From contig JBEKQZ010000001.1 in the NCBI GenBank assembly GCA_049519175.1, forward strand, positions 173,311 through 222,042: a stretch of 48,732 nt of DNA, given 5' to 3'. Made by a program: the position numbers and the translations under genes. Below, in pieces: positions 17,764 through 26,575 of the stretch. The notes beneath the pieces were generated by a model that was not told where the DNA came from, did not search any database, and saw nothing but the letters and a program-made list of their open reading frames with translations. The first letter of the stretch is position 1, and every line of letters begins with the position of its first letter. The DNA comes from Candidatus Levyibacteriota bacterium (GTDB lineage: Bacteria; Patescibacteriota; Microgenomatia; Levybacterales; UBA12049).

Positions 17764-18900
17764 ATGCAAAAAATTACACTGCGGTTGTATGCGCTTTTCT
17801 ATAGAAATGTTCTCAAAAGGGTATTTTTTCTGCTGGATCCGGAATTTGTGCATGAATTCATTATTGGTTACGGAGGGAAAATGGGCAATATTAGTTTCAT
17901 CAGATTTTTAGCCGGAAAATTTTTCTTAGTGCAACATAAAAGTCTCAATCAGGAAATTGCCGGGATCAAGTTTGTAAGTCCAATTGGTCTGGCCGCGGGA
18001 TTTGATTATGAGGGTAAGCTGATGCAGATTTTGCCTGCACTTTCCTTTGGCTTTCAGACAATTGGCACTATCACTAATCAAGCGTATGCCGGAAATCCCA
18101 AGCCGCGTTTGGGCAGATTGCCCAAATCAAAATCCTTGATGGTTAATAAAGGTTTTAAAAATCCGGGAATCAAAGAGATTGTGAAAAGATTGCAAGGCGG
18201 CCGGTTTAAGACGCCGGTGGGACTTAGTATCGGTAAAACAAACTCAATTACTAAAGACATGACGCAAGCGGAGGCGATTACCGATATTGTCAGCGCTTTT
18301 AAAATCGCTGATGGTTCAAGAGTCCCTTTTAGTTATTACGAATTAAACATCAGTTGTCCGAATTTGTTCGGAAAAGTCAGTTTTTATCCACCGGAAAATT
18401 TAAAACAATTACTGCAAGCGGTTACCGCGCTCAAATTAAAAAAGCCGATGTTTATTAAAATGCCGATTGTTAAAACGGATTACGAAATCAAAAAAATGCT
18501 CGATGTCATAATTCAATTTAAAGTTGCAGGAGTAATTTTTGGTAACGTTCAAAGTAACAGAAAAGACAAAATGTTAAATCAGGACGAAGTCAAAAAATTT
18601 CCGGTGGGGAATTTTAGCGGAAAACCGACCGAGCAACGCTCCAACGAACTAATTGCAATGGCCTATAAAAAATATGGGAAAAGACTTGTAATAATTGGTT
18701 GCGGTGGAGTGTTTAATGCTCAAGACGCCTACAAAAAAATTAGATTAGGAGCCAGTCTGATTCAATTAATTACGGGCTTAATTTTTGAAGGACCGCAACT
18801 GCCTGCGCAAATTAATTTGGAACTGCCGGAGCTTTTAAAACAGGACGGCTTCAAAAATATCTCCCAAGCCGTTGGCGCCAACTTCAAGTTGCGTTCTTAA
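17764..18900 (+). CDS. pyrD: dihydroorotate dehydrogenase, class-2-like architecture
   Basis: LLDPEFVHEF N-terminal extension, GLAAGFDYEG, GNPKPRLGRL, NKGFKNPG, ELNISCPN, GNFSGKP, GCGGVF, FEGPQL. Start set to ATG 17764, 6 nt after TATAAT (17752-17757). Confidence 0.9.
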   Translation: MQKITLRLYALFYRNVLKRVFFLLDPEFVHEFIIGYGGKMGNISFIRFLAGKFFLVQHKSLNQEIAGIKFVSPIGLAAGFDYEGKLMQILPALSFGFQTIGTITNQAYAGNPKPRLGRLPKSKSLMVNKGFKNPGIKEIVKRLQGGRFKTPVGLSIGKTNSITKDMTQAEAITDIVSAFKIADGSRVPFSYYELNISCPNLFGKVSFYPPENLKQLLQAVTALKLKKPMFIKMPIVKTDYEIKKMLDVIIQFKVAGVIFGNVQSNRKDKMLNQDEVKKFPVGNFSGKPTEQRSNELIAMAYKKYGKRLVIIGCGGVFNAQDAYKKIRLGASLIQLITGLIFEGPQLPAQINLELPELLKQDGFKNISQAVGANFKLRS

Positions 18901-18923
18901 AGCAAGTGTGTCTACAATAAACT

Positions 18924-19523
18924 ATGCTTAGAGAACAATTCCTTGGGAGAAATCCGTCTCATTTTACGCTAAATAAAGTTGTTGAAGCATTTATAATTTC
19001 GGAAACTTTTTTATGGTCCGCCTGGAATTTTGTCACTCCGATTTTTGCCATTTTTGTCGTTAACGATATTAAAGGAGGAAATATTCAGATTGCGGCGTCG
19101 GCTTTTAGTGTCTGTCTAATTTCCAGAGTCATCTTTGAAATAATCACCGGTCGGTATCTTAATAATAAAACTGATAAAAATAGGTTGCATTTAACTACCT
19201 TAGGGATGGCGATAATGAGCGTTGCCTACATAGGTTTTGCCTTTTCGCATACGATACCGTTACTATTTCTATTTTATGTGCTAATTGGTATTGGTTTTGG
19301 AGTGGCGTCTCCGGCTAAATATTCTCTTTTTACAACCCATATCGATAAAGAAAAATCGTCAACAGAGTGGAGTTTATATGACGCAATTACTCTAATCGGA
19401 ATCGCTTTGGCCACGGCTTTGGGGGGTTTTATCGCCAGTTTCTACGGCTTCCCCTTTCTTTTTATTCTGTCTAGCATAGTGAATCTGTTAGGAATCGTGC
19501 CTTACCTTTCCTATCGCCGTTAA
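18924..19523 (+). CDS. half-size MFS-like membrane protein (6 TM), possibly truncated
   Basis: 199 aa with 5-6 hydrophobic helices. The G-x3-GRYLNNKTDK loop resembles the MFS motif between TM2 and TM3. It ends in a 4-nt convergent overlap with the surface-protein gene. Confidence 0.5.
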   Translation: MLREQFLGRNPSHFTLNKVVEAFIISETFLWSAWNFVTPIFAIFVVNDIKGGNIQIAASAFSVCLISRVIFEIITGRYLNNKTDKNRLHLTTLGMAIMSVAYIGFAFSHTIPLLFLFYVLIGIGFGVASPAKYSLFTTHIDKEKSSTEWSLYDAITLIGIALATALGGFIASFYGFPFLFILSSIVNLLGIVPYLSYRR

Positions 19524-21598
19524 AATAGAAACATCCGAAGAGAAGAAAGTTTATCTTTAAGATCCGTGCTGGAAAGAAGCTCCTGAAGATATTTTCTTTT
19601 TTTAATTCCCCGGACAAAAACGTAAGCAAGTAAAATCATAAGCAAACTGAAAAGATAAGGAGTCTCCTGAGCGTTTTTGGCAGTAACCAGATTTGTCCCG
19701 GCTTTATTATGCGCGCCCAAAACCGTAACGTGCGGTGGTTGAAAGCTACTATAGGCAAAAGTGGCATTACTACTTAAAACATTAAAATTGCTATCGGCTG
19801 TAGCCGAAACGCCGCTATTATCGGGTCCGACATTGCCGGAAGCAATAGCTCTGGCAATATATAATCCACCTGCCACATTTTTAGGTAGTACAATGCCAGT
19901 GGTGACTTTAACGCCTTTTTGCGGTTGGATATCTCCCAGATTAAAATTGGCTGTTCCAATAGTTTGGCCGTTGGAAATTAGCTCAAGGGCAAGATTGGCG
20001 CCGTAAACTGTGCCCGTTCCGGTATTTTTAACTTTAAGAAAGAAAGTAACGGTGTCGCCCGGGTAAACAAAAGCGCCAACATTATTAGTATTTTCCACGT
20101 TCAACTGTCCGCCTTGCTCCTGAGGAGTATTTGAATCAGAGCTTCCCGTATTATCACTAGAAATAGTTGGTGAGACATCAGTATTTTGAATACTCAACGC
20201 CGCAAATTCACTTTGTCCGCCGATGTCGCCGGTCCAGTTGCCGAAAATATTGATAAAACCGAAAAAGCCAAACGAATCGATAAAATTAGTATTGATAAAA
20301 TTCATCAGCGAAATGACGCTAAAGGAATTGCCGGTGGAAATAGACGAATCGCCGCCGCTAATGGAATTGCCGCCGCTTGAGGCAAGCGATGAAACATTAT
20401 TGTCAACCACAACGGTATTATTAATAGTTGTTTGCGAAGAGTCGCTGGCAGTGCTTCCGTTGGGACTAAAATCGTAAAGCGCCAGACTGGCGCCGCCTTC
20501 GGTTGGGTCAAAATTCCCCCAGCCGATAAAATTGCCATTCCAAGTGCCTAAGTCGTTAATATACAAAACTTCGGCGTTGGTGCCTAAAACGTTGGTATTA
20601 ACAACGTTTAAGCTATTGACAGCACTTTGAGCATCTCCGGTAGAAATGGCGGTACTGCCGGTGGCAACAATCGAATTATTACCCGTGTCCGCCGTTGAGC
20701 TAAGATTGTTGGTGACAGCGGCGGTATTACTAGCATTGACGTCTACGCCGCAACCAGCGCAATTGGTCGAAGCATTTAGGTCTGGCAAAATGATATTGCC
20801 GTTTAAGTTGCCGAAGATATTAATGGTCACCAAATGAATTTGCGAATTTACCACCGTAAAATTCACCTGGTTTAGAAGTGACACCGCGCTATAAGCATTG
20901 CCGGTAGTAATGGTAGCACTTTGACCGGACGAATCAATTAAATTATCTCCGGTTAAAGCGGCGGAGGCAACGTCGTTGGTGATATAAGCATAGTTATTCA
21001 CGTTAGTTACGGAAACATTGATAACGGAATCTTCGGGGTGGGTAGAAATGGCGTTGGCGGCAATTGTAAACGGATCGGACAAATCAATACTACCGTCCTG
21101 AGAAACAAAAATGTTAATTGTCTGATTGACGACCGCTGAATTAACAGAATTAGTGTTGACGTCGTTGATAATAGCGATTGACGAAGTGGCGTCTCCGGTG
21201 TCGATTGTAGAACTGGGAGAAGATGGGGAAGTATTATCAGAATCTGATCCCGATGAATCACCGGTTGAATTAGTAAGGGAATTATCGCTTCCAGAAGAAG
21301 TAGCATTCTCGGTCTGCGCGCTGTCGGTTGCGGTTATCGTATTGTCTCCGGTATTGGCGTCTGATTGTAGATTAGAACTAACAGTAGCATTGTTAGAAAT
21401 GTCAACGGTTGGTGTCGGCGTTGGCGTGTCGGTCGGCGTTGGAGCTACAGTACTATCATCAGTAATAACCGGCGTGGGCGTTGGCGTATCGGTCGGCGTA
21501 ACCTCTTGAGCAAAAGATAGCGGCGGATAGATAACGTATAAAAACAGTAATAAAACTGTTAATAAAATTGACAATTGTTTTTTCAGTTTTCCTTTCAT
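19520..21598 (-). CDS. secreted, C-terminally TM-anchored VNTN-repeat surface protein (692 aa)
   Basis: Signal peptide ending LSFAQE, then a PT-rich linker. Four repeats end in TG[DN]A.S....N.VNTN. A CARDB/DUF11-like segment (VYPGDTVTFFLKVKNTGTGTVYGANL) follows. C-terminal TM helix plus a KKRK tail. Confidence 0.85.
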   Translation of the reverse strand: MKGKLKKQLSILLTVLLLFLYVIYPPLSFAQEVTPTDTPTPTPVITDDSTVAPTPTDTPTPTPTVDISNNATVSSNLQSDANTGDNTITATDSAQTENATSSGSDNSLTNSTGDSSGSDSDNTSPSSPSSTIDTGDATSSIAIINDVNTNSVNSAVVNQTINIFVSQDGSIDLSDPFTIAANAISTHPEDSVINVSVTNVNNYAYITNDVASAALTGDNLIDSSGQSATITTGNAYSAVSLLNQVNFTVVNSQIHLVTINIFGNLNGNIILPDLNASTNCAGCGVDVNASNTAAVTNNLSSTADTGNNSIVATGSTAISTGDAQSAVNSLNVVNTNVLGTNAEVLYINDLGTWNGNFIGWGNFDPTEGGASLALYDFSPNGSTASDSSQTTINNTVVVDNNVSSLASSGGNSISGGDSSISTGNSFSVISLMNFINTNFIDSFGFFGFINIFGNWTGDIGGQSEFAALSIQNTDVSPTISSDNTGSSDSNTPQEQGGQLNVENTNNVGAFVYPGDTVTFFLKVKNTGTGTVYGANLALELISNGQTIGTANFNLGDIQPQKGVKVTTGIVLPKNVAGGLYIARAIASGNVGPDNSGVSATADSNFNVLSSNATFAYSSFQPPHVTVLGAHNKAGTNLVTAKNAQETPYLFSLLMILLAYVFVRGIKKRKYLQELLSSTDLKDKLSSLRMFLF

Positions 21599-21643
21599 GC
21601 TTATACTGGATACAGAATATTAGTTACTATTAATAATTCTTCC

Positions 21644-21685
21644 GTCCCGGGGGAGAGTGCCTAAGGCATTCCTCTCCCCTGGGAC
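21644..21685 (-). terminator. long GC-rich hairpin between the two VNTN-repeat genes
   Basis: GTCCCAGGGGAGAG ... CTCTCCCCCGGGAC pairs at 13 of 14 positions, with an inner palindrome TGCCTAAGGCA. There is no clear U-tract, so it may be a terminator, a processing site or a stabiliser. Confidence 0.45.
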
Positions 21686-21701
21686 TAAAAAGAATTTCAG
21701 C

Positions 21702-22133
21702 TTAGAAGAGGCTAACGTTGGTATTAACAACGTTAATTACGCCTGCTCCAGAGCTCGCACTTCCCGTGGTGACCTTATTGGATCCGCCAAAGGTTGCGCT
21801 CGTACCATTGCTTCCTGACGAAGCACTTGAGCTAACATTGTTTACAACACCTGCATTATTGGATGTTTTTCCAAAATTGTTAACGTTGGTGTTAACAACA
21901 TTTAATGTACTCGCATTGGCAGTAGCACTGCCTGTTTTTACAGTGTTGCTACTAAAGAATCCCGATGCGCCGGTGGTGTTGCTTCCGGATGAAGCGTTTG
22001 AGCTAACATTATTAACAACAAACGCGTTGTTAGATGTTCCGTTCTGGGTATGTGCAAAAGCTGCGGTTGCAGAAACTAATAAAAGTCCTGCGGCTGCTCC
22101 TGTCACTATTAATTTTTTGATCATTTTATTCAC
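21702..22133 (-). CDS. small secreted VNTN-repeat protein (143 aa)
   Basis: Signal peptide MNKMIKKLIVTGAAAGLLLVSATAAFA. Two ~50-aa repeats (NNA.VVNNVSS.ASSGSN ... TGSA......NVVNTNV) are paralogous to the repeats of the 692-aa neighbour. Confidence 0.85.
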   Translation of the reverse strand: MNKMIKKLIVTGAAAGLLLVSATAAFAHTQNGTSNNAFVVNNVSSNASSGSNTTGASGFFSSNTVKTGSATANASTLNVVNTNVNNFGKTSNNAGVVNNVSSSASSGSNGTSATFGGSNKVTTGSASSGAGVINVVNTNVSLF

Positions 22134-22171
22134 CTCCTTCCTTTAGAAAATTTCAAGTTATATGTGCGATT

Positions 22172-22201
22172 TAAATAAAAAGGCACCCTCTTCGGGTGCC
22201 T
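22172..22201 (-). terminator. intrinsic terminator of the YezD-like gene
   Basis: Minus-strand AGGCACCC-gaag-AGGGTGCCT hairpin (22181-22201) followed by TTTTTATTT. Confidence 0.7.
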
Positions 22202-22239
22202 CCGTTTGCGGTCGGCATATCCTTTTTCCTTTCTTAAGA

Positions 22240-22476
22240 TTATTCTTCCGCGTGCATTTTATAACTCATTTTCTTAATTGTTTCTTCTTCATGGAACCCG
22301 TTGGTTTTGCGAATACAACGGTGGGTGATTTGTGTAACCGCATAGTCCTGAATCATAATTTCGACACTGCCGAAAGCGTCTACGTCTTTCATCGCATTAA
22401 TCAGCTCCTGCATTAAATGGTCGGAAACTACTTTGGTGGAATGAATATTGCCTTTGCCGTTTGTATGAGCCGTCAT
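22240..22476 (-). CDS. YezD/DUF2292-like small protein
   Basis: 78 aa. FGSVEIMIQDYAVTQITHRCIRK matches the remembered DUF2292 pattern (GsV.l.vqdG.v.qi....k.r). Confidence 0.6.
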   Translation of the reverse strand: MTAHTNGKGNIHSTKVVSDHLMQELINAMKDVDAFGSVEIMIQDYAVTQITHRCIRKTNGFHEEETIKKMSYKMHAEE

Positions 22477-22596
22477 AAATTATTCAGTTTATTTATCTAG
22501 CGTATTTGTTTTATGATTACACTATATGACGCAAATAATTACCGGTTCAGTAATAAAAATTACTTTCATTTTGTAATATAAGTTACAAAGTTAAGA

Positions 22597-22622
22597 GGTT
22601 GGGCTCCGTGGGATAGACGACA
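22597..22622 (+). repeat. R-family dispersed intergenic repeat, copy E (partial)
   Basis: ggttGGGCTCCGTGGGATAGACGACa. CTCCG + GATAGACGAC matches copy D at 16/19 positions. Confidence 0.5.
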
Positions 22623-22719
22623 TTATAATTTGAGAAATCTACAATAGAAGAGTTAACTTCGAATTCAGGTCCTAAATCGTAGATTGTGCGATGCGATTGG
22701 CTTTTTGTCAACTGGTATT

Positions 22720-25700
22720 TTAAGCTTTAGTATTTTTTCTTTTCTTGCGATAAATTAAATAGGCAAGTATGACAAGAATTATTAGGGCAAGCGATACATA
22801 GCCAAGAGTCCAATTCATAGAATTTGAAACTAAAGTTTGTTTGGTTCCGGTTGGGCTAACTGAAGGAGTTGGTTCGGCACTTTTAGTTGCCGTTCCTAAA
22901 ACTTCCGGTTGTGTTCCGGCTCCCAAAACCTCTCCTCCTGTTCCTCCTGTGTATGCTAAAGAAGTAGCAGCACCAAGCACGCCAGCAGTTAAAGAAGGCG
23001 AAGGCGCGCCTCCGCCGTTTCCGGTTGATGCTCCGTCGGACAAGCCGTCTCCCGGAAGCCCGAAGGTATAATAAGTTGCAAACGGAGTTTCATCGCTGAT
23101 TGCTTCCGGCGAGCCGTTGGAGATTGCTCGATAATAATAGGTTTGGTTTACAGTTACGCCGGTAATGGTGACGCTATGATTGATGACTTCAGGTGATGTG
23201 TCAAGCGTCCCTGTTGAATAGGTATAGCCGTAATTTGGTCCGGTTGTTAAATCCAGCGGGTCTGGATGAGAAAAAGTGTCATAGACAACTTTACTAGTCG
23301 TTGGGAAATTGGTGGTCCAGGTAATTGTTAAGGAATTATCTCCAGCGAGAGTTATCTGTTCGCTGGAAATAATTGGTAGTACACCATAAATTGCAGATAG
23401 AACGTTACTTACATTTCCGACATTGTCATAAGCAATGGCCTTAATCGTCATATCATGGTCAACAGTGATTGGTCCGGTATAAAGCGTGCTGCTGGTTTTA
23501 TCCGGAGTTGTTGTCCCATCAGTGGTGTAATAAATTCCGGCCAAGCCGCTACCGCTTTCAGTACTTATTAGAGTTACAAGCATACTCGTAACGTTATAAT
23601 CTCCAGCAGGTGGTATAGCACCTATTGTCGGAGCAGTTTCGTCAATTTTTACCTGATTAGCTGCAGTTTTGACATTTTCTTCGTTTCCTGCGTTATCTAC
23701 GGAGAAATATTTAATTGTATAAACTCCATCAGTATTTAATACGATTGAATTTCCGGAAAGCGAGGATGTTGTAGGAGTACTGCCGTCAGTTGTGTAATAT
23801 GTATTTTTGCAACCACTTCCGCCGGGATTATCTACGCAAGTTAAAGTTATTGTCGCGCTCGTGTGCCAATTTGAATCAGTACCGGAATCGGTAGTGACAG
23901 GGGCAACCATCGGAGTTGAATATTCTGTATAAGGATTGGTTTGTTGTACGTTGCCGGCTAAGTCATGAATATTTTGAACTCCCCATTGTTGTTCGGGTGA
24001 AATATACCACCCAGGAGTTGTAAAAGTTATAGTTGCAGTATATGAAGTTGAATTATACGAGATTGTGGCATGTCCAACTAAATTTCCACTTCCACCTGCT
24101 CCCGGCCAATTGTTCAAAAAGTAATTTGCCGGATTAGTCGCTTCAGTTGAATTTACATTTTCACTAAATACTGCTTGAAAATTTATTGCGCTTGGTCCCG
24201 GAGTTGGGAAAACTAAAGCAACGGTAGGTGCGGTATTATCGACAGTTACTTTCCATGGTGTGCTCCAAGCGCTTTTATTTCCTGCTGCATCAATTGCCCT
24301 AACCTGCCAATAATATATTCCTTCAGGAGTTCCTGGAGTTGGAATTTGGGAAGTTGGTAGCGCTCCTGATACATAGACAGGCGACGTAAAAGATCCATCT
24401 GGATTTAATGAATTACTGTTGGATGATTCATACTGATAAGTTACTGGAGTGCTTGGGTCGGTAACATCAGACCAGTCAATTAAAGTTTGTGTCGCTGTTG
24501 TTCTAAACGAATTATCAGCTGGACTTAGAGGTGTTGGAACCGGTGGGGCTGTCGTATCAATAGTCATTTTCCAAATGCTGCTCCAGACGCTTTTATTTCC
24601 CGCGGTATCAATGGCTCTGACCTGCCAATAATAAGTGCCGTCCTGTGCACCGGTTGAGTGAATCTGGGGACTAGTAAGATGATTCTGTTCGCTATTGCCG
24701 TTTGTAATTGAATCCCAAGCATTTATTAGTGATCCATTGCTGTCAACATTACTACTGCCTGAAGATTGAAACTCGTAAGTTATTGGATAGGTGCCAGTGG
24801 AAGCATCCCAAGTAAAATAAAAATCATTTGTGGTTTTATAGGAATTGTTTGGTTGTCCATTCGTTGGCACGCTCGGTAGTATTATTGGTGAAGTAGTAAA
24901 GTTCATAATCTCCCCGGGATACCATGTACTACCAACTAGAGCCCAAGCTACGTAATAATATTTCGTATTTGGCGTAAGACTTGAATAAGTATGGCTAAAC
25001 GCAGCGTTAGCTGGTTGAGTAAGGGAGTCAATACCATTCCATCCGCTTGGAAGTTCAGCAACAGGATTAGTTGAAGATGTAAATGGACCAGCAGAGGTTG
25101 TTCCCAACCAGAAAGAAGTGTCGTCTGCATTGAATGTGCTAACAGTGCCATTTACTGTTGCATTAGTTGTATTTACATTCGTTGCAGGGTTTGTGGTGGG
25201 ATTAGGGGTTGGAGCAAGTACAAAATCATATGTTGTTGATCCAATTGTGACTGTATCTACCCAAGCAACCGTGCCAACTCCAGGGCTTACGTTGTATGAG
25301 TCACCCATGCCTAACGTCAAGTAAACGCGGTCAACAGATGCCCCGGGATTAGCTGTAGCGACCTCCGCAAGTGTCATCATTGGGCCAGTGCCATCACCGT
25401 TATCGTCCATTAGCCGCCATTGTCCGGCAGCCGCATCAACCGTGTGCCATCCGGCCGGATTTGACATTGGCACGAACTGGTATTGAACACCGCCAACTAA
25501 TCTAATCCTGACCCATACTGGATTTGGTCCCGTTTGATTCTCGACGTCATAAGTGAGTGCCTGCAAAGCAAATGAAGAGATATCTACATTTGGAACCTGA
25601 AAGGCTAAAAGTCCTTCGTCTCTAAAATGTCCATCCGCTTCGGGGGTGATACCAGCTTTAATGATACCAGCCTCACGTTTATCATAGACTGCCGTTGATC

Positions 25701-26142
25701 CTGGAGATTCGCCAGCGGGGTTGGTCTCTGAATCGGGCGCATAATATGCAGCCCAGACGCCTGTTGTCCAATCAGGTTGTAAGTTGCTTACGAGAATTGT
25801 TGTTGTAACACTGTCAGTAAAATTGGTTGTGGCGACGATATTTCCATCAGAGTCTTTTAATTCCGCTTGGTAATTTGGGCGGTAATTGCCGTCTAATTGA
25901 TAGGCAAAAGCAAAAACTCCGTTTGCGTCAGATGCTACGCTAATATTCTTACTGGTTGGGGGATTGTCGGTTGAAGAAATAGTTAATGTATAAGCAGTAT
26001 TAGGTAAAAGATTGGAACCTGTTATTAAAGCCGTGTCAGTTGGTGCATAATCAGGCTTATCGGTTGTAAGACTTGCGCTCCCTTCCGAAACTACATCTCC
26101 CAAATCAATTGTCGGTGCCGAAACGTTTTTTAGAATTGTCAT
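22720..26142 (-). CDS. very large Ig/FN3-type surface protein with C-terminal TM anchor; apparently 5'-disrupted
   Basis: 1,140 aa. Repeated ~90-aa FN3-like modules (YYWQVRAID.AGNKS.WS). Two chitobiase/hexosaminidase-C-like motifs (YYTTDGSTPT, YYTTDGTTTP). C-terminal LALIILVILAYLIYRKKRK. There is no signal peptide at the annotated Met, and the frame is open upstream (see next feature). Confidence 0.85.
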   Translation of the reverse strand: MTILKNVSAPTIDLGDVVSEGSASLTTDKPDYAPTDTALITGSNLLPNTAYTLTISSTDNPPTSKNISVASDANGVFAFAYQLDGNYRPNYQAELKDSDGNIVATTNFTDSVTTTILVSNLQPDWTTGVWAAYYAPDSETNPAGESPGSTAVYDKREAGIIKAGITPEADGHFRDEGLLAFQVPNVDISSFALQALTYDVENQTGPNPVWVRIRLVGGVQYQFVPMSNPAGWHTVDAAAGQWRLMDDNGDGTGPMMTLAEVATANPGASVDRVYLTLGMGDSYNVSPGVGTVAWVDTVTIGSTTYDFVLAPTPNPTTNPATNVNTTNATVNGTVSTFNADDTSFWLGTTSAGPFTSSTNPVAELPSGWNGIDSLTQPANAAFSHTYSSLTPNTKYYYVAWALVGSTWYPGEIMNFTTSPIILPSVPTNGQPNNSYKTTNDFYFTWDASTGTYPITYEFQSSGSSNVDSNGSLINAWDSITNGNSEQNHLTSPQIHSTGAQDGTYYWQVRAIDTAGNKSVWSSIWKMTIDTTAPPVPTPLSPADNSFRTTATQTLIDWSDVTDPSTPVTYQYESSNSNSLNPDGSFTSPVYVSGALPTSQIPTPGTPEGIYYWQVRAIDAAGNKSAWSTPWKVTVDNTAPTVALVFPTPGPSAINFQAVFSENVNSTEATNPANYFLNNWPGAGGSGNLVGHATISYNSTSYTATITFTTPGWYISPEQQWGVQNIHDLAGNVQQTNPYTEYSTPMVAPVTTDSGTDSNWHTSATITLTCVDNPGGSGCKNTYYTTDGSTPTTSSLSGNSIVLNTDGVYTIKYFSVDNAGNEENVKTAANQVKIDETAPTIGAIPPAGDYNVTSMLVTLISTESGSGLAGIYYTTDGTTTPDKTSSTLYTGPITVDHDMTIKAIAYDNVGNVSNVLSAIYGVLPIISSEQITLAGDNSLTITWTTNFPTTSKVVYDTFSHPDPLDLTTGPNYGYTYSTGTLDTSPEVINHSVTITGVTVNQTYYYRAISNGSPEAISDETPFATYYTFGLPGDGLSDGASTGNGGGAPSPSLTAGVLGAATSLAYTGGTGGEVLGAGTQPEVLGTATKSAEPTPSVSPTGTKQTLVSNSMNWTLGYVSLALIILVILAYLIYRKKRKNTKA

Positions 26143-26514
26143 GCTAAGTTGTTCGTTGCCGGTTGTGATGTCGATTGGGGTGGCAGACGCAGTTGCGCCG
26201 GTTGGCGTCGGAGAGGTAGTGGGAGTTGGAGTTACAGTTGGCGAATTATTTACCGGGGGAGATAAATTGTCGGTTGACGTTGGTGTTGCAGTTGCCGTGT
26301 CATCAACTGCTGGTGTTGGGGTTGGTTCACTCGTTACTTCCGGTGAGGGGATATCGGTTGGAGTTGGTGTTATAGTGTCGGTTGGTGTTGGTGTTACAGT
26401 TTGATCAGGAGTTGGAGTTTCGGTTACGGATGGCGTTGGGGTAGCAGTCGCTTCGGGAAATCCTGATATGGTTCTAAAGACTATTGAAGCCGCTGGATAT
26501 GCGACATCTCCGAC
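26143..26514 (-). pseudogene. start-less in-frame 5' extension of the surface-protein ORF (PT-rich linker)
   Basis: Hand translation shows 124 sense codons contiguous with the 22720..26142 frame and no ATG/GTG/TTG: ...FPEATATPTPSVTETPTPDQTVTPTPTDTITPTPTDIPSPEVTSEPTPTPAVDD... The TAA at 26515-26517 closes the frame. Confidence 0.7.
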
Positions 26515-26575
26515 TTATGTTCAGAATGTCGAGGCAACACCAGAATTTCAACAAAATCTAGGAGGTAATCAATAA
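26468..26575 (+). pseudogene. C-terminal remnant of an N-acetylglucosaminidase-type cell-wall hydrolase
   Basis: MVLKTIEAAGYATSPTYVQNVEATPEFQQNLGGNQ*. The AGYATSPTY segment resembles the conserved C-terminal helix (AGYATDP.Y) of glucosaminidase/FlgJ-type domains. No upstream coding sequence exists (stop at 26402-26404 in that frame). Its stop overlaps the next ATG (TAATG). Confidence 0.45.

Noticed and set aside
21126-22146. Plus-strand ORFs 21126..21509 and 21718..22146
   Set aside because: They are antisense shadows of the two VNTN-repeat genes. Their translations (GVGV..., LLPDEA...) are artefacts of reading low-complexity S/T/N/P coding DNA backwards.
22720-22860. Sortase (LPXTG) or PEP-CTERM sorting signal at the C-termini of the two large surface proteins
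   Set aside because: A TM helix plus a basic tail is present, but no LPXTG-like or PEP motif lies immediately before the helix (VSPTGT is 17 residues away and lacks the x position).
26141-26440. Periodic GTTGG/GGTGT DNA and the 87-aa GV-rich ORF 26141..26404; possible tandem repeat or CRISPR-like array
   Set aside because: The periodicity is the reverse complement of ACN-CCN (Thr-Pro) codons in the minus-strand PT linker. There is no repeat-spacer organisation and no constant repeat unit. The same applies to 21380-21500.
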